A DNA stretch of 63,776 nt, the filler included, from Octopus bimaculoides (lineage: Eukaryota): assembly GCF_001194135.2 (NCBI RefSeq). It is 6 parts of 6 records of this genome, joined end to end, with 100 filler letters (N's around TTAATTAATTAA, not from the genome) between each part and the next. Parts side by side here need not be neighbours in the genome. Positions count along the whole stretch, not along the records: positions 18,494 to 34,864 come from NC_068983.1; positions 34,965 to 51,228 come from NC_068981.1; 4 more parts are not named here. The stretch is one strand, 5' to 3'. Made by a program: the position numbers and the translations under genes. Positions 25,118 through 38,017 of the stretch are shown here, piece by piece; positions within the stretch are counted from its first letter, which is position 1, and every line of letters starts with the position of its first letter. Below the pieces are notes generated by a model, which saw only the letters and a list, made by a program, of their open reading frames with translations, made no database searches and had not been told where the DNA came from.

Positions 25118-25931
25118 CACAGAGAGGGCGGGAAGAGATAGAGCGAGAGGAAAACGCGGAGACAGACAGATGGNNNNNNNNNNNNNNNNNNNNNNNNNNN
25201 NNNNNNNNNNNNNNNNNNNNNNNNNNNNNNNNNNNNNNNNNNNNNNNNNNNNNNNNNNNNNNNNNNNNNNNNNNNNNNNNNNNNNNNNNNNNNNNNNNNN
25301 NNNNNNNNNNNNNNNNNNNNNNNNNNNNNNNNNNNNNNNNNNNNNNNNNNNNNNNNNNNNNNNNNNNNNNNNNNNNNNNNNNNNNNNNNNNNNNNNNNNN
25401 NNNNNNNNNNNNNNNNNNNNNNNNNNNNNNNNNNNNNNNNNNNNNNNNNNNNNNNNNNNNNNNNNNNNNNNNNNNNNNNNNNNNNNNNNNNNNNNNNNNN
25501 NNNNNNNNNNNNNNNNNNNNNNNNNNNNNNNNNNNNNNNNNNNNNNNNNNNNNNNNNNNNNNNNNNNNNNNNNNNNNNNNNNNNNNNNNNNNNNNNNNNN
25601 NNNNNNNNNNNNNNNNNNNNNNNNNNNNNNNNNNNNNNNNNNNNNNNNNNNNNNNNNNNNNNNNNNNNNNNNNNNNNNNNNNNNNNNNNNNNNNNNNNNN
25701 NNNNNNNNNNNNNNNNNNNNNNNNNNNNNNNNNNNNNNNNNNNNNNNNNNNNNNNNNNNNNNNNNNNNNNNNNNNNNNNNNNNNNNNNNNNNNNNNNNNN
25801 NNNNNNNNNNNNNNNNNNNNNNNNNNNNNNNNNNNNNNNNNNNNNNNNNNNNNNNNNNNNNNNNNNNNNNNNNNNNNNNNNNNNNNNNNNNNNNNNNNNN
25901 NNNNNNNAGATAGATAGATAGATAGATAGAT

Positions 25932-25971
<40 letters not shown>

Positions 25972-27453
25972 GTATTTATGTACGCATACATACATACATA
26001 GATGTGTGCGCATATGTATACATATATCTATGGCTGACTACGTACATATACAGTCACTGATTGATTATTTAATGTTGTATATAGTGCTACAAAGGAAGAG
26101 GTGGTAATGGCGGTGGTAATGGCAGAGATGGCGGTAATAACAGCGGTAGCAGCAGCAGCAGCAGCAGCAGCAGTAGCAGCCATGGTGACGACGGCGGTGG
26201 TTATGTCGTCGGTAGTGGTGGTGGTGGTGGTAGCGGTAGTTTGCTGGTTCGTTGGGTTACATACGTGTATACCTGCGTATGTTGTGTGTGAAGTGGGGAA
26301 AAGATATTACAGGAAACAGTGTAGGGTAAGGAGTAGAAGGTAAGGAGACAGATTTTAACAAGGGGAGGAGGGGAGGGTTTGGTGGGGAGAGATGATGCTG
26401 CTATCTGATTACCTGGGGCATGGGTGGGTGTGGCTAGTATTACCAAGTTTGTGATTTGGGTGGTGACAAGTTCACCACGGTGGCGGCGGCCGCTGCGCTG
26501 CCGTTGTTGGTGGTAGGGGTGATAGTAATGGTTATTAATGATGGTAGCGTTGACAGAGGTGGTGGTGATGGTGGTGGTGGTGGTGGTGGTGGTGGTGATT
26601 CTGGTGGTGGTGATGCTGGTGGTCGTCGTCGTTGTCGTGGCCGTGGTCTTGGTGGTGCGAGCTTTTGTGATGAAGGAATTTTTTTGCTGAAGAAAGAAGG
26701 AATTCTCAATTCTTCATNNNNNNNNNNNNNNNNNNNNNNNNNNNNNNNNNNNNNNNNNNNNNNNNNNNNNNNNNNNNNNNNNNNNNNNNNNNNNNNNNNN
26801 NNNNNNNNNNNNNNNNNNNNNNNNNNNNNNNNNNNNNNNNNNNNNNNNNNNNNNNNNNNNNNNNNNNNNNNNNNNNNNNNNNNNNNNNNNNNNNNNNNNN
26901 NNNNNNNNNNNNNNNNNNNNNNNNNNNNNNNNNNNNNNNNNNNNNNNNNNNNNNNNNNNNNNNNNNNNNNNNNNNNNNNNNNNNNNNNNNNNNNNNNNNN
27001 NNNNNNNNNNNNNNNNNNNNNNNNNNNNNNNNNNNNNNNNNNNNNNNNNNNNNNNNNNNNNNNNNNNNNNNNNNNNNNNNNNNNNNNNNNNNNNNNNNNN
27101 NNNNNNNNNNNNNNNNNNNNNNNNNNNNNNNNNNNNNNNNNNNNNNNNNNNNNNNNNNNNNNNNNNNNNNNNNNNNNNNNNNNNNNNNNNNNNNNNNNNN
27201 NNNNNNNNNNNNNNNNNNNNNNNNNNNNNNNNNNNNNNNNNNNNNNNNNNNNNNNNNNNNNNNNNNNNNNNNNNNNNNNNNNNNNNNNNNNNNNNNNNNN
27301 NNNNNNNNNNNNNNNNNNNNNNNNNNNNNNNNNNNNNNNNNNNNNNNNNNNNNNNNNNNNNNNNNNNNNNNNNNNNNNNNNNNNNNNNNNNNNNNNNNNN
27401 NNNNNNNNNNNNNNNNNNNNNNNNNNNNNNNNNNNNNNNNNNNNNNNNNNNNN

Positions 27454-27500
<47 letters not shown>

Positions 27501-27513
27501 TGTGTGTGTGTGT
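23480..27513. repeat. Compound microsatellite block: (GA)n, (GACA)n, (GATA)n, (AGT)n, (GT)n, (GGT)n and a 20-nt GACAGGTAGATAGACAGAGA minisatellite at about 24008-24160; two large gaps
   Basis: Direct inspection. Confidence 0.9.
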
Positions 27514-27516
27514 AAA

Positions 27517-28056
27517 CAGGGTGACCACTAAAAGACTAAATGATATAAAACAAAAATAACTTTCACAAACACCTCGTTTTTAATTATTTTATTTGGATGG
27601 AAACATTTTAAAATCCAGTTTCAGAGGCTTCTAAAGTGATGTTCTGGCGATGCCTAGTTGAGCACAGTGACGACGGGTAGAGGCTGATAGATCCTCAAGG
27701 ACGCTCTGCCGTACAGCTTCCACAGCTGCATCTGTGCGCACAATGCGCTTAGGACCTCTTCCCGGAAGATCGCTGCCTGATCCAGTCCTTTCAAACCGGG
27801 CGATTAGGTGCCGAATCATGTTATCGTTAGGAGATACTCGGACAGTAAAATGTTGCCGGAATTTTCTCTGAATTTGAATAATTGATCTTTCACTGGAATA
27901 GCAAAGCTCAATGAGTTTTACTCGTTGCTGGGCATCATACGTAGGCATTTTAATCTCCAAGAGATGCTCTTTAACATGCAAGAAAGAAAATAAAAAGATT
28001 GAAATCGAACAAGCTATGACTTTTTCAAACCATTCAGTCTTTCAGTGGCTACTCTG
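27517..28056 (-). mobile_element. Internally deleted Tc1/mariner element (DUF4817-like N-terminal HTH)
   Basis: TIRs CAGGGTGACCACTAAAAGACTAAATG and CAGAGTAGCCACTGAAAGACTGAATG; TA on the right; ORF MPTYDAQQRVKLIELCY...RHLIARFERTGS...GRGPKRIVRT. Confidence 0.8.
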
Positions 28057-28574
28057 TATATTGGCGCGAAACTGTGTAATACCATCTGGTTGATAACTGT
28101 TGAGGAACTTAGGGACTGTCCGTTTGTGTACTTAATATATATTTTTCCGTTCGTCTGTGAATTTATTATGTTTTTTAACTTGCCATTCTGAGTCGGTTTG
28201 TTCGTTTGTGTATTTACTATACTTCTTTTCACTTATTATATATATATATACACGTGTGTGTGTGTGTGTATGACGGGCTTCTACACAGCTTCCGTCTCCC
28301 AAATGACTGACAAGACATTATTCGGTCCGAGGCTATAATGGATGACATTTGACCAAGGTGCCAAGCAATATAACTGAACCCGAAAGCATGTAGTTGTGAA
28401 GCGAACTTCTTAATTATACACCTATGTATGCGCGTATGACGTATTTGCCCTCATTCACGTTGATGTAGTTACAACGTTTCGACCATCTTACCCTTCTTCA
28501 AGTAATTGGGTAATTTTCTAAGAATTTCGAAACTGACACGAATTATCGAAAGATGACATAAAGAAATATTGAGT

Positions 28575-28980
28575 CAGATTTTGGCACAATGCTAGCAACT
28601 TTGGGGAAGGAGTAAATTCGATTATATCGACTCCAGTGTTCAACTGGCACGATGAAAGGTAAAGTCGACCTCGACTGAATTTGAACTTGGAACATAAAAA
28701 CGGACGAAATACCGCGAGGCATTTTGCCCGGCGTGCTAACGATTCTGCCAGCTTGCCGCTTTCGTGGTTGTGAATATTAGCAATGTTATTTCTAGAAAAA
28801 GTGGAGGAGGGGTGGGTTGACTACATCGAGCCCTATTTTAACTGGTACTTTATTTCATCGACCCCGAATGGATGAAAGAAGCTAACTTCGGTAGGATTTA
28901 AAATTAGAATATAAAGAACCGTAAGTAAATACTGTAAGACATTTTATTCGACGTCTAACAATTCTGCCAGTCCAGTGCCC
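28575..28980 (-). mobile_element. Two adjacent S2 SINE copies
   Basis: aaagtcgacctcgactgaatttgaac...gctaacgattctgccagcttgccgc, then a second decayed copy. Confidence 0.65.
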
Positions 28981-29271
28981 TATGAATATGAACAAAATGG
29001 CTGTCAACCACTCATGGTGATCAGTAAAAGTAGTTTTGATCAGAATGTTATACGTGTCTCAGAATGAATGCTAGGAGTAATAGATGCGCTTTGTTAAATA
29101 GGGTAATATTTTAGATTTTAGGAACTCTGAGTAGTCATCAATATGGTTATAAGTTTGGTCATAGATGTGGCTATGAATACGATCATAAATGTAGTCATGA
29201 GTGAGGTCATAAGCATGGTCGTAAGCATACTCATGTAATGAATTTGATAATGAACATTGTCATAAATTAGT

Positions 29272-29382
29272 GTAGAAATTAGAGTAAGTGGTACCTAGGT
29301 ATTCTGCAAATGTTCCCAGCTTGAATGAGCTGTTGAGGTTGAGGCAAAGGGAAAAGCGGAGGATTTGTCCAAATGCTTGTAA
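29272..29382. repeat. 111-nt dispersed direct repeat, copy 1
   Basis: gtagaaattag...ggtacctaggtattctgcaaatgttcccagcttgaatgagctgttgaggttgaggcaa...aaatgcttgtaa. Confidence 0.85.
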
Positions 29383-29509
29383 ATTGTCAATGTGGTTATG
29401 AGTGCGAAAATGAGTGTCGGGTGCACACCGTTCGCCTATGAGGCGAACTGAAAAAACTAAATACAAGATGAGAAATGATCAGCATATGGTATTGTTGAGT
29501 CTATCGTTG

Positions 29510-29815
29510 TTTGTTGTTTGTTCCTTCTCGAGCTATGCCTAGCTCATATGGGCCGGTTTCCCTGTTTCATTGGCGTATAGGTTCTCCACCTGGAGGGAAC
29601 GCCGGTCCGTCGCAGGTGAGCTGCTAGATGCAGGAGGAAAGAGTGAAAGTTGCGGCGAAAGAGTCAGCAGAAGTTCGCCCTTACCGTCTGCCGCAGCCGC
29701 GTGGAGCTTAGGTGTTTCGCTCTTAAACACACAAATCACCCGGTCTGAGATTCGAACCTGCGATCCCACGACCACGGGTCCGCTGCTCTAACCACTAGGC
29801 CATGTACCTCCACAT
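29510..29815 (-). mobile_element. tRNA-derived SINE related to S3
   Basis: Minus strand head tggcctagtggttagagcagcgg...ggttcgaatctc; (AAC)-rich tail. Confidence 0.75.
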
Positions 29816-30044
29816 TGTTGAATTTATGGCAACTCTGATTGAACAGTCATATCGTCAATAGTATTTTAGCTACGATCAATTCACCCTTTTAACAGTATAT
29901 ATGACTACATTATCTAATGAATCCTTTTCTGAGAGGGAGATTTGAGAGAGATTTGGCTGCTATTTTTACTGGCCCGGATGACCATGTAGAGGTCATCCTA
30001 TCTTTCACTTCTATCAGAATAAGTATGTTAATATTCTACCGCCT

Positions 30045-30705
30045 AAAGGCGGCGAGCTGGCAGAAACCTTAGCACGCCGGGCGGAAGGTTTAGCGGTATT
30101 CCGTCTACCGTTACGTTCTGAGTTCAAATTCTGCCAAGGTCGAATTTGCCTTTCATCTTTTCGAGATCGATAAATTAAGTAGCAGTTACGCACTGGGGTC
30201 GATGTTATCGACTTAATTCCTTTGTCTGTCCTTGTTTGTCCCCTCTATGTGTAGCCCTTTATAGGCAGTAAAGAAATAAGAAACGTTAACACACCGAGCG
30301 AAATGCTTAACGGTATTTCGTCTGTCACTGCGTTCTGAGTTCAAATTCCGCCGAGGTCGACTTTGCTTTTCATCCTTTCAGGGTCGATAAATTAAGTACC
30401 AGTTACGTACTGGGGTCAGTCTAATTGACTGGCCCCTACCCCCAAATTTCGGGCCTTGTGTCTAGAGTAAAAAAAGAAAAAAAAAAGAATATTTTATCGC
30501 CTAGGATGCTGGCGAGTTGGCAGAATCATTAGCACACGGAGGAAAAATATTTTACAGCCTCTTGTCTGTCTTTACGTTCTGAGTTCAAGTTCTGCCGAGG
30601 TCGAATTTGCCTTTCTTCGTTTTGGGTGTCGATAAAATAAGTGTCTGTTATATCGATTTAACCCCTCTCCCAATATTGCTGAACTTGTGCCAAAATTTGA
30701 ACTAG
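30045..30705 (+). mobile_element. Cluster of three S2 SINE copies
   Basis: ggcggcgagctggcagaaac head; gttctgagttcaaatt..gccgaggtcga recurs three times. Confidence 0.8.
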
Positions 30706-31277
30706 TAAAGAAAAAAAGTTTCTATCCGTAGTTTTGTTTAACTTACCAACTTCAAAGATTAAACTGCATCAACTTCACAAGCATTAAAAGCACAGACAAG
30801 GTAAGGCAATGTTCTTCCTATCTAATTCTAGCGTGGATGAAAATAGAAGATGTAGAAGGCCAACTAAAACATTGTTACTATAGCAACCAAGATAAGTCTG
30901 AATATATCACTATAATAATTACAGCTTCTCACATCAGAAACCCAGACAAAACTTATTCGACTGTTTCTACAATGACAGACGTATTAGTGTACAGAAGTTC
31001 CATGGTTTTCACTTGTTAATTAAATTCCTTATTGAGTTCCCTGATATCCGTATGTCTGGAGCAGCCACATACATTTTAATTAATTTCAATTAATTAAAAC
31101 TTCAAAGTTATGCCTTCTTGCTTTTCTTGACAAGAAATTATTTTGAAGCTTATTTAGTTATTCTCACTACTGGTATAAAAATAATAATTAATTAAAACTA
31201 TTTGACTCGCTACATTAAGTTAATACCAAACATACCAAAGGAAAAGAAAAATGTTTTTTCTTGTTTTTAAAGTTTGG

Positions 31278-31388
31278 GTAGAAATTAGTGTGAGCGGTAC
31301 CTAGGTATTCTGCAAATGTTCCCAGCTTGAATGAGCTGTTGAGGTTGAGGCAAGGGAAAAAGCGAAAGATTTGTCCAAATGCTTGTAA
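31278..31388. repeat. 111-nt dispersed direct repeat, copy 2
   Basis: Near-identical to 29272-29382. Confidence 0.85.
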
Positions 31389-31579
31389 TTAGTAAATTCT
31401 GGTAAAGACACCCCATGAAACAGGTGATGATGTTGAACTGAGCAGCATGTTAGATCCACCACCTTATTTAGGCTTATCGCTAAAAGTTAGGCCTACTCCC
31501 ATCAGACCATTTGTCCCTGTTTGGTTTTATCGTTGTAAACAGCATCGAAGTACCCAGTATGGGAACCTTGAACCTTCTG

Positions 31580-31905
31580 ATTCCGGGTTCATTCCCACTT
31601 AGGCAAGTGTCTTCCGATACATAGCCTCGGGCTGACCAAAGCCTTGTGATTGGATTTAGTAGAAGGACACTGAAAGAAGACCATTGTGTGTGTATGTGTG
31701 TTTATCTCCCACCACAGCTTGACAACCGGTGCTGGTGTGTTTGTGTCCCCGTAACTTATCGGTTCGGCAAAAAGAGGCCGATAGAATAAGTATGACGCTT
31801 TAAACAAAATGAATCCTGGGGTCGATTTGTTCAACTAAAACCCTTCAAGGCGCTGCCCCAGCATAGCTGCAGTCAAATGACTGAAACAAGTAAAAGATAA
31901 AAGAT
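31580..31905 (+). mobile_element. SINE S1, near full length
   Basis: ggcaagtgtcttc...gaaagaagaccattg(tg)n...gcttgacaaccgg...gcagtcaaatgactgaaacaagtaaaaga. Confidence 0.8.
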
Positions 31906-33019
31906 GAAGATGATCCAAGCGCTTCTATAATTCTGTTTATTACTTAAGACTCAATGTATTTAACATAATTCTATCTTGTCAAAAATACCCTGAGTTTTAA
32001 CAACGTTGATAGTTTCTGCTATTAACATGCTCAAAACATCACGCTCAAACGTACATATGTGTTAAATTTAAATTATTAGATGTTCTATCTACTTCGATAT
32101 TAGATAAACTAGTTATTTGATTACTTAAACTAGCTAACCATTGATTTATATTGCTGAGAACTCCATAGACACACAACTTTCGTATAATCCTCAGATACAA
32201 TCAGCAAGACACAAAGTGCACCAGCGATAGCCATTTGAATTATAAGTATTGTTCATCTGATGAGCTCCCATGCACTTCTTTCTACCCAAATCTGTACTCA
32301 TGGCTGTGGTAGACCAAAGGTTATGATAAATTACACTTGCCGAAGGTACCACGAAGTGCTATCGAGCTGATAACAGCACGTTTGTGAGGCAATCAAGAAA
32401 TATTCTAAACCATTCGGCTATATTCGCACCCATCAAAAGGATCAAAGGTCCTTCCTGAACCATAGGCTCATAAGATCGGTTTTCCGGATTCTGTGACGTA
32501 TATATTACCTCGTGAACGGCACGCTGGTCTCTCGCAGGATTACTCAGTTTTTCCAGCTGAGTAACAGGATAGGAGCAACGTGAAATGAAATGTTATCCTC
32601 AAGAAAAAAAAAGAATCGCTTGGTCCATGAATCGAAATCAGAAACTTACGATCATGAGTATAAAATCCTATTCACTGAGCCACGCGTTTACACAACGTGC
32701 ATCAAGCAACACAAGTACATATACAAAAATCAAAAAAAAACATACATATAAACCCAAAACACACTCATATATACGTACATTCAAAAACATACCCCGAGAA
32801 AGGTGAGGTAACACACACCCAACATATTGTCATGCACACAAACACTCGCCGATACACATAAAATCACACACTAACGTACACAATAAACACGACCAAGCTC
32901 ATATAAATATATATTGATGCATATATATATATATATATATACATATACACACATATACCTGTATATTGACGCATATATATACACACACATATACATATAT
33001 ATTGACGCANNNNNNNNNN

Positions 33020-33066
<47 letters not shown>

Positions 33067-33640
33067 GAGAGAGAGAGAGACACACACACACACACACACA
33101 CACACATAAATATGTAAATGGAAATTTTGATTTAATATAGTCTTTGTTTTGTGTTGTTTTTTTTCGGTTTAAAATTTCAATTGGATAAACTCCGGATGTT
33201 TTAATAAACTGGAATCAGGAAGGACACGGGTAGGGTGTGTGGAGGACAACTAAAATTGAAATGTAAACTAAAATCAAAGTTCAAGAGAAAAATGATAATT
33301 TTTTTATTGATACAATTATATATTCGAGTTATTTTTTTTTAATTTTTAGTAATTTTTTTATATATATATTTTGCTATTATAATTCAGTTTTGATTTGAGT
33401 TCAATTCTCAGATTTCAATTTTGAAATAACTTTTTTGTTTTTATATAATATTGTTTCACTTTTCATTTTGTTTATAAAAACACTTATATTAATTTCAAAT
33501 TTCATATTAAAAAGAAAACAAATTTTTTAAAAAATTTACTTACAACAGTTCAAGAAGATCATTACAAAAACGAAATAAAGCCAAATTTCTAACCCTGTGT
33601 GCCTTCTCCTTTGTGTGTGTGTGCGCGCGCGCGTGTGTGT

Positions 33641-33672
<32 letters not shown>

Positions 33673-34469
33673 GTATATGTGTGTGTGTGTGTACACACAC
33701 ATATGTATAGGTGTATATACATACATATATGTATGTATATATATATATATATATATNNNNNNNNNNNNNNNNNNNNNNNNNNNNNNNNNNNNNNNNNNNN
33801 NNNNNNNNNNNNNNNNNNNNNNNNNNNNNNNNNNNNNNNNNNNNNNNNNNNNNNNNNNNNNNNNNNNNNNNNNNNNNNNNNNNNNNNNNNNNNNNNNNNN
33901 NNNNNNNNNNNNNNNNNNNNNNNNNNNNNNNNNNNNNNNNNNNNNNNNNNNNNNNNNNNNNNNNNNNNNNNNNNNNNNNNNNNNNNNNNNNNNNNNNNNN
34001 NNNNNNNNNNNNNNNNNNNNNNNNNNNNNNNNNNNNNNNNNNNNNNNNNNNNNNNNNNNNNNNNNNNNNNNNNNNNNNNNNNNNNNNNNNNNNNNATACA
34101 GAGAGAGAGAGAGAGAGAGAGATAAAGCTATGTGCATGTATGTTTACATACACACATTTGAAAAATAAAAGTAAATAACAATTTCTTATGCAGAAGACAG
34201 GGAGGATCAAAGAGAAAGTTGATTTTGGCGGGATTTGAACATTAATAATCATTTTAAAGTTAAATGCAAAGCCAACAATTTGGGAGAGGAGTTTGAGAAT
34301 TAAATCGGTCCATATATTTGCCCAGTTCTTCATAATGAAAGAATAAAAGAAGGATTTATACGGCAAGATTGATGAATCTAAGAGAGATTAGACCTGAGAA
34401 TAAAAAAAAAATAGGTGATATTTTTGTATCACGATATAAAGAATCTGCAAATCCACTGTTAATAATAAT

Positions 34470-34685
34470 TTTAAACATTACCACAAGGTCAACAATTTCA
34501 GGGAGGGGATAAAGTCGATTATATCGAATCCAGTGCTCAATTGGTACTTGTTTTATGAACACCGAAAGGGCTAAAAGGCAAAGTCGACCTCGGTGGAATT
34601 TGAACTCAAAACATAAAAAAGGTATTGAAATTCCGCTACGCATTTTGCCCGGAGAGCTAACGATCCTGCAAACTCGCCGCCTTCG
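34470..34685 (-). mobile_element. SINE S2
   Basis: ggcaaagtcgacctcggtggaatttgaactc...gctaacgatcctgcaaactcgccgcc. Confidence 0.7.
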
Positions 34686-34734
34686 TTTCCTCGCCTAATA
34701 ATAATTTTCTGTGTTGTTACTCTGACATTGTGAA

Positions 34735-34864
34735 TGTGTGTGGTGGAGTGATTAAGGTGTTGCACTTGCAATCGGAAGATGACAGTTTCGATTTCGGACC
34801 GGGCTGTGCGCTGAATTCTTGAGCTAAATATTTCATTTCACCTTCCTCCACCCTGCAATGGACT
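34735..34864 (+). mobile_element. Degenerate S4 SINE head
   Basis: gtttcgatttcggaccgggctgtgcgctgaattcttgagctaaatatttcatttcac. Confidence 0.45.
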
Positions 34865-34964
34865 NNNNNNNNNNNNNNNNNNNNNNNNNNNNNNNNNNNN
34901 NNNNNNNNTTAATTAATTAANNNNNNNNNNNNNNNNNNNNNNNNNNNNNNNNNNNNNNNNNNNN
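34865..34964. other. Artificial assembly join N44-TTAATTAATTAA-N44
   Basis: As at 18394. Confidence 0.95.
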
Positions 34965-35223
34965 TAGGGTTAGGGTTAGGGTTAATTGTTTCAGAATCGT
35001 TTGCTTATGTAGTCGGCACTTAATGTATATCGGCTGAATGGACGTCAGTGATTGGTTGAAATTACAGAAATACGACAACTTTAACATGGAATAACTTATG
35101 GATTTCTTTCTTTTTTAAGAAGACTAAGAGAAAAAGATGTTTTATATGACACATTCTACCAGTGTTCCAAGTTTCAAAGTGTTTCGTTAATGAAAAATGT
35201 GGCCCCCGTTTTAAAAAAGATCC
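34965..35223. mobile_element. Right part of a putative DNA element carrying internal (TTAGGG)3
   Basis: TTAGGG units at the segment start; terminal CCCCGTTTTAAAAAAGATCC (35204-35223) is the inverse of the motif at 54863-54882. Confidence 0.4.
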
Positions 35224-35637
35224 AAAACATTTACTAACAGAGAATTATGTTATGAAAATAAATTATTTGTAACATACCTTTAAATTATTGCGGATAAAGT
35301 ATTAAAACTCGAGAACTTGCCCACGAAGTGTATAATCAAATTTCAATTTGGTTGTGATCTTCTCGCTAGGGGTCATTCTTATTTCCAAAAAGCAACAGGG
35401 ATCTATTTTGCTAGAAATAAAGAGAGAATGCGTATTGTGTCATTCTTCCAATTTTCCTGGCGAAGGAAGTTTTGCATACTTACAATATATGACAACAAGG
35501 CAAAGAAGGGTCTCGTCGTAAACGAGACAGAAGGCTTACCTGAAACTTGTTTCTCATCGAAAACCAGAAACACTGGAAGCAGTAATAATTTAAAGGTATT
35601 TTAGAATTTATTTTCCGTCAGTAAATGTTTTTGTCTT

Positions 35638-35689
<52 letters not shown>

Positions 35690-35919
35690 CTCGATAGTGG
35701 AAACCATAATACTTTTGAACATGGTCTTTTCATTCTGGAAGCTAATGTATATATGTGTTGTTCATAGTTATCAACAAATATCATGAGACGGGTAAGAACT
35801 ATTTTAGCTTCTATATTACCCGATTTGTAGCCATGAAACTGAGTTGCCAATATTGCTGTATGAGATATCAAAAGATTGACCAATCTTTCGGCTGCTACCA
35901 TAAAGTAAGTTTTTTTCAC

Positions 35920-36212
35920 AGCAACTTTATTTTACTACAAAATTTAACACCAAAATGAGGTTGGGTTGCACAATTTTGAGGTCATTTTGGGGGCAATGTT
36001 AGAATTTCCTTCTCATCTAAGCTGCCATTGTACATGTTTTAGTGTCAAAAATTTCAGTATCGTTCATCAGAAAATGACCCAAAAACATGTCTATAAAGAA
36101 GAGTTCTTTGCTTCATACTCCTCGTGTGCCGATTCGGCCCTTAAGAAAGGAACAAATAATACAATGTGGCTGTAGTTCCTAACACCCGGGCAAAGCCTGG
36201 CTACATTACTAG
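35920..36212 (+). mobile_element. Helitron-like 3' end (5' boundary approximate)
   Basis: GC-rich hairpin CCGGGC-AAA-GCCTGG (36186-36200), then CTAG at 36209-36212 followed by T. Confidence 0.5.
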
Positions 36213-36262
36213 TATGTATGTATATGTATATATATGCATACATACCTACCTACCTACCTACC

Positions 36263-36353
<91 letters not shown>

Positions 36354-36757
36354 NNNNNNNNNNNNNNNNNNNNNNNNNNNNNNNNNNNNNNNNNNNNNNN
36401 NNNNNNNNNNNNNNNNNNNNNNNNNNNNNNNNNNNNNNNNNNNNNNNNNNNNNNNNNNNNNNNNNNNNNNNNNNNNNNNNNNNNNNNNNNNNNNNNNNNN
36501 NNNNNNNNNNNNNNNNNNNNNNNNNNNNNNNNNNNNNNNNNNNNNNNNNNNNNNNNNNNNNNNNNNNNNNNNNNNNNNNNNNNNNNNNNNNNNNNNNNNN
36601 NNNNNNNNNNNNNNNNNNNNNNNNNNNNNNNNNNNNNNNNNNNNNNNNNNNNNNNNNNNNNNNNNNNNNNNNNNNNNNNNNNNNNNNNNNNNNNNNNNNN
36701 NNNNNNNNNNNNNNNNNNNNNNNNNNNNNNNNNNNNNNNNNNNNNNNNNNNNNNNNN

Positions 36758-36804
<47 letters not shown>

Positions 36805-37170
36805 AAACAACAATCCGCTTATTTCATTATTTCTATATGTTTCTGTGCGTGCGTACGTGAGTGCGTGTGTGTGTATACGTGTGTGTGTGTGTACGTGTTT
36901 TGCGTGTCTGTAAGGATTGTGTGCGTGGTTATCTCCCTGTATGATACTTGCCAGATTTTTTTCTTTTGACCACTGTGAGAAAACAAGCTTGCGTTTTGAC
37001 TGCGATGTCTATTTATAGCGAAGCTAAATTTTTGTTTATTAGACATATTCCATCTTGCATCCTTCTATATGCAGAATACTTACAAGTGACTAACAGAGTG
37101 ACCAGGTGTGTTGAAATGTGACTCAATGTGTGTGTTTGTGTGTTTATGAAACGTTCGTGTGTGATGTGAT

Positions 37171-37202
<32 letters not shown>

Positions 37203-37255
37203 ATGTGATTGTGTGTGTATGTATATGTGTGTGTGTGTGATGTGATTGTGTGTGT

Positions 37256-37286
<31 letters not shown>

Positions 37287-37674
37287 NNNNNNNNNNNNNN
37301 NNNNNNNNNNNNNNNNNNNNNNNNNNNNNNNNNNNNNNNNNNNNNNNNNNNNNNNNNNNNNNNNNNNNNNNNNNNNNNNNNNNNNNNNNNNNNNNNNNNN
37401 NNNNNNNNNNNNNNNNNNNNNNNNNNNNNNNNNNNNNNNNNNNNNNNNNNNNNNNNNNNNNNNNNNNNNNNNNNNNNNNNNNNNNNNNNNNNNNNNNNNN
37501 NNNNNNNNNNNNNNNNNNNNNNNNNNNNNNNNNNNNNNNNNNNNNNNNNNNNNNNNNNNNNNNNNNNNNNNNNNNNNNNNNNNNNNNNNNNNNNNNNNNN
37601 NNNNNNNNNNNNNNNNNNNNNNNNNNNNNNNNNNNNNNNNNNNNNNNNNNNNNNNNNNNNNNNNNNNNNNNNNN

Positions 37675-38015
<341 letters not shown>

Positions 38016-38017
38016 TA

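Noticed and set aside
27631-27981. Host gene ORF (likewise 38288-38731, 48193-48480 and 56944-57264)
   Set aside because: All are transposase or reverse transcriptase fragments with TIRs or disablements
34965-34982. True telomere at the segment start
   Set aside because: Only three units, G-rich strand points inward, and it sits within a putative repeat element
35495-35555. GTCTCG/CGAGAC hairpin followed by GAAAC
   Set aside because: No CUGANGA core and no stem I
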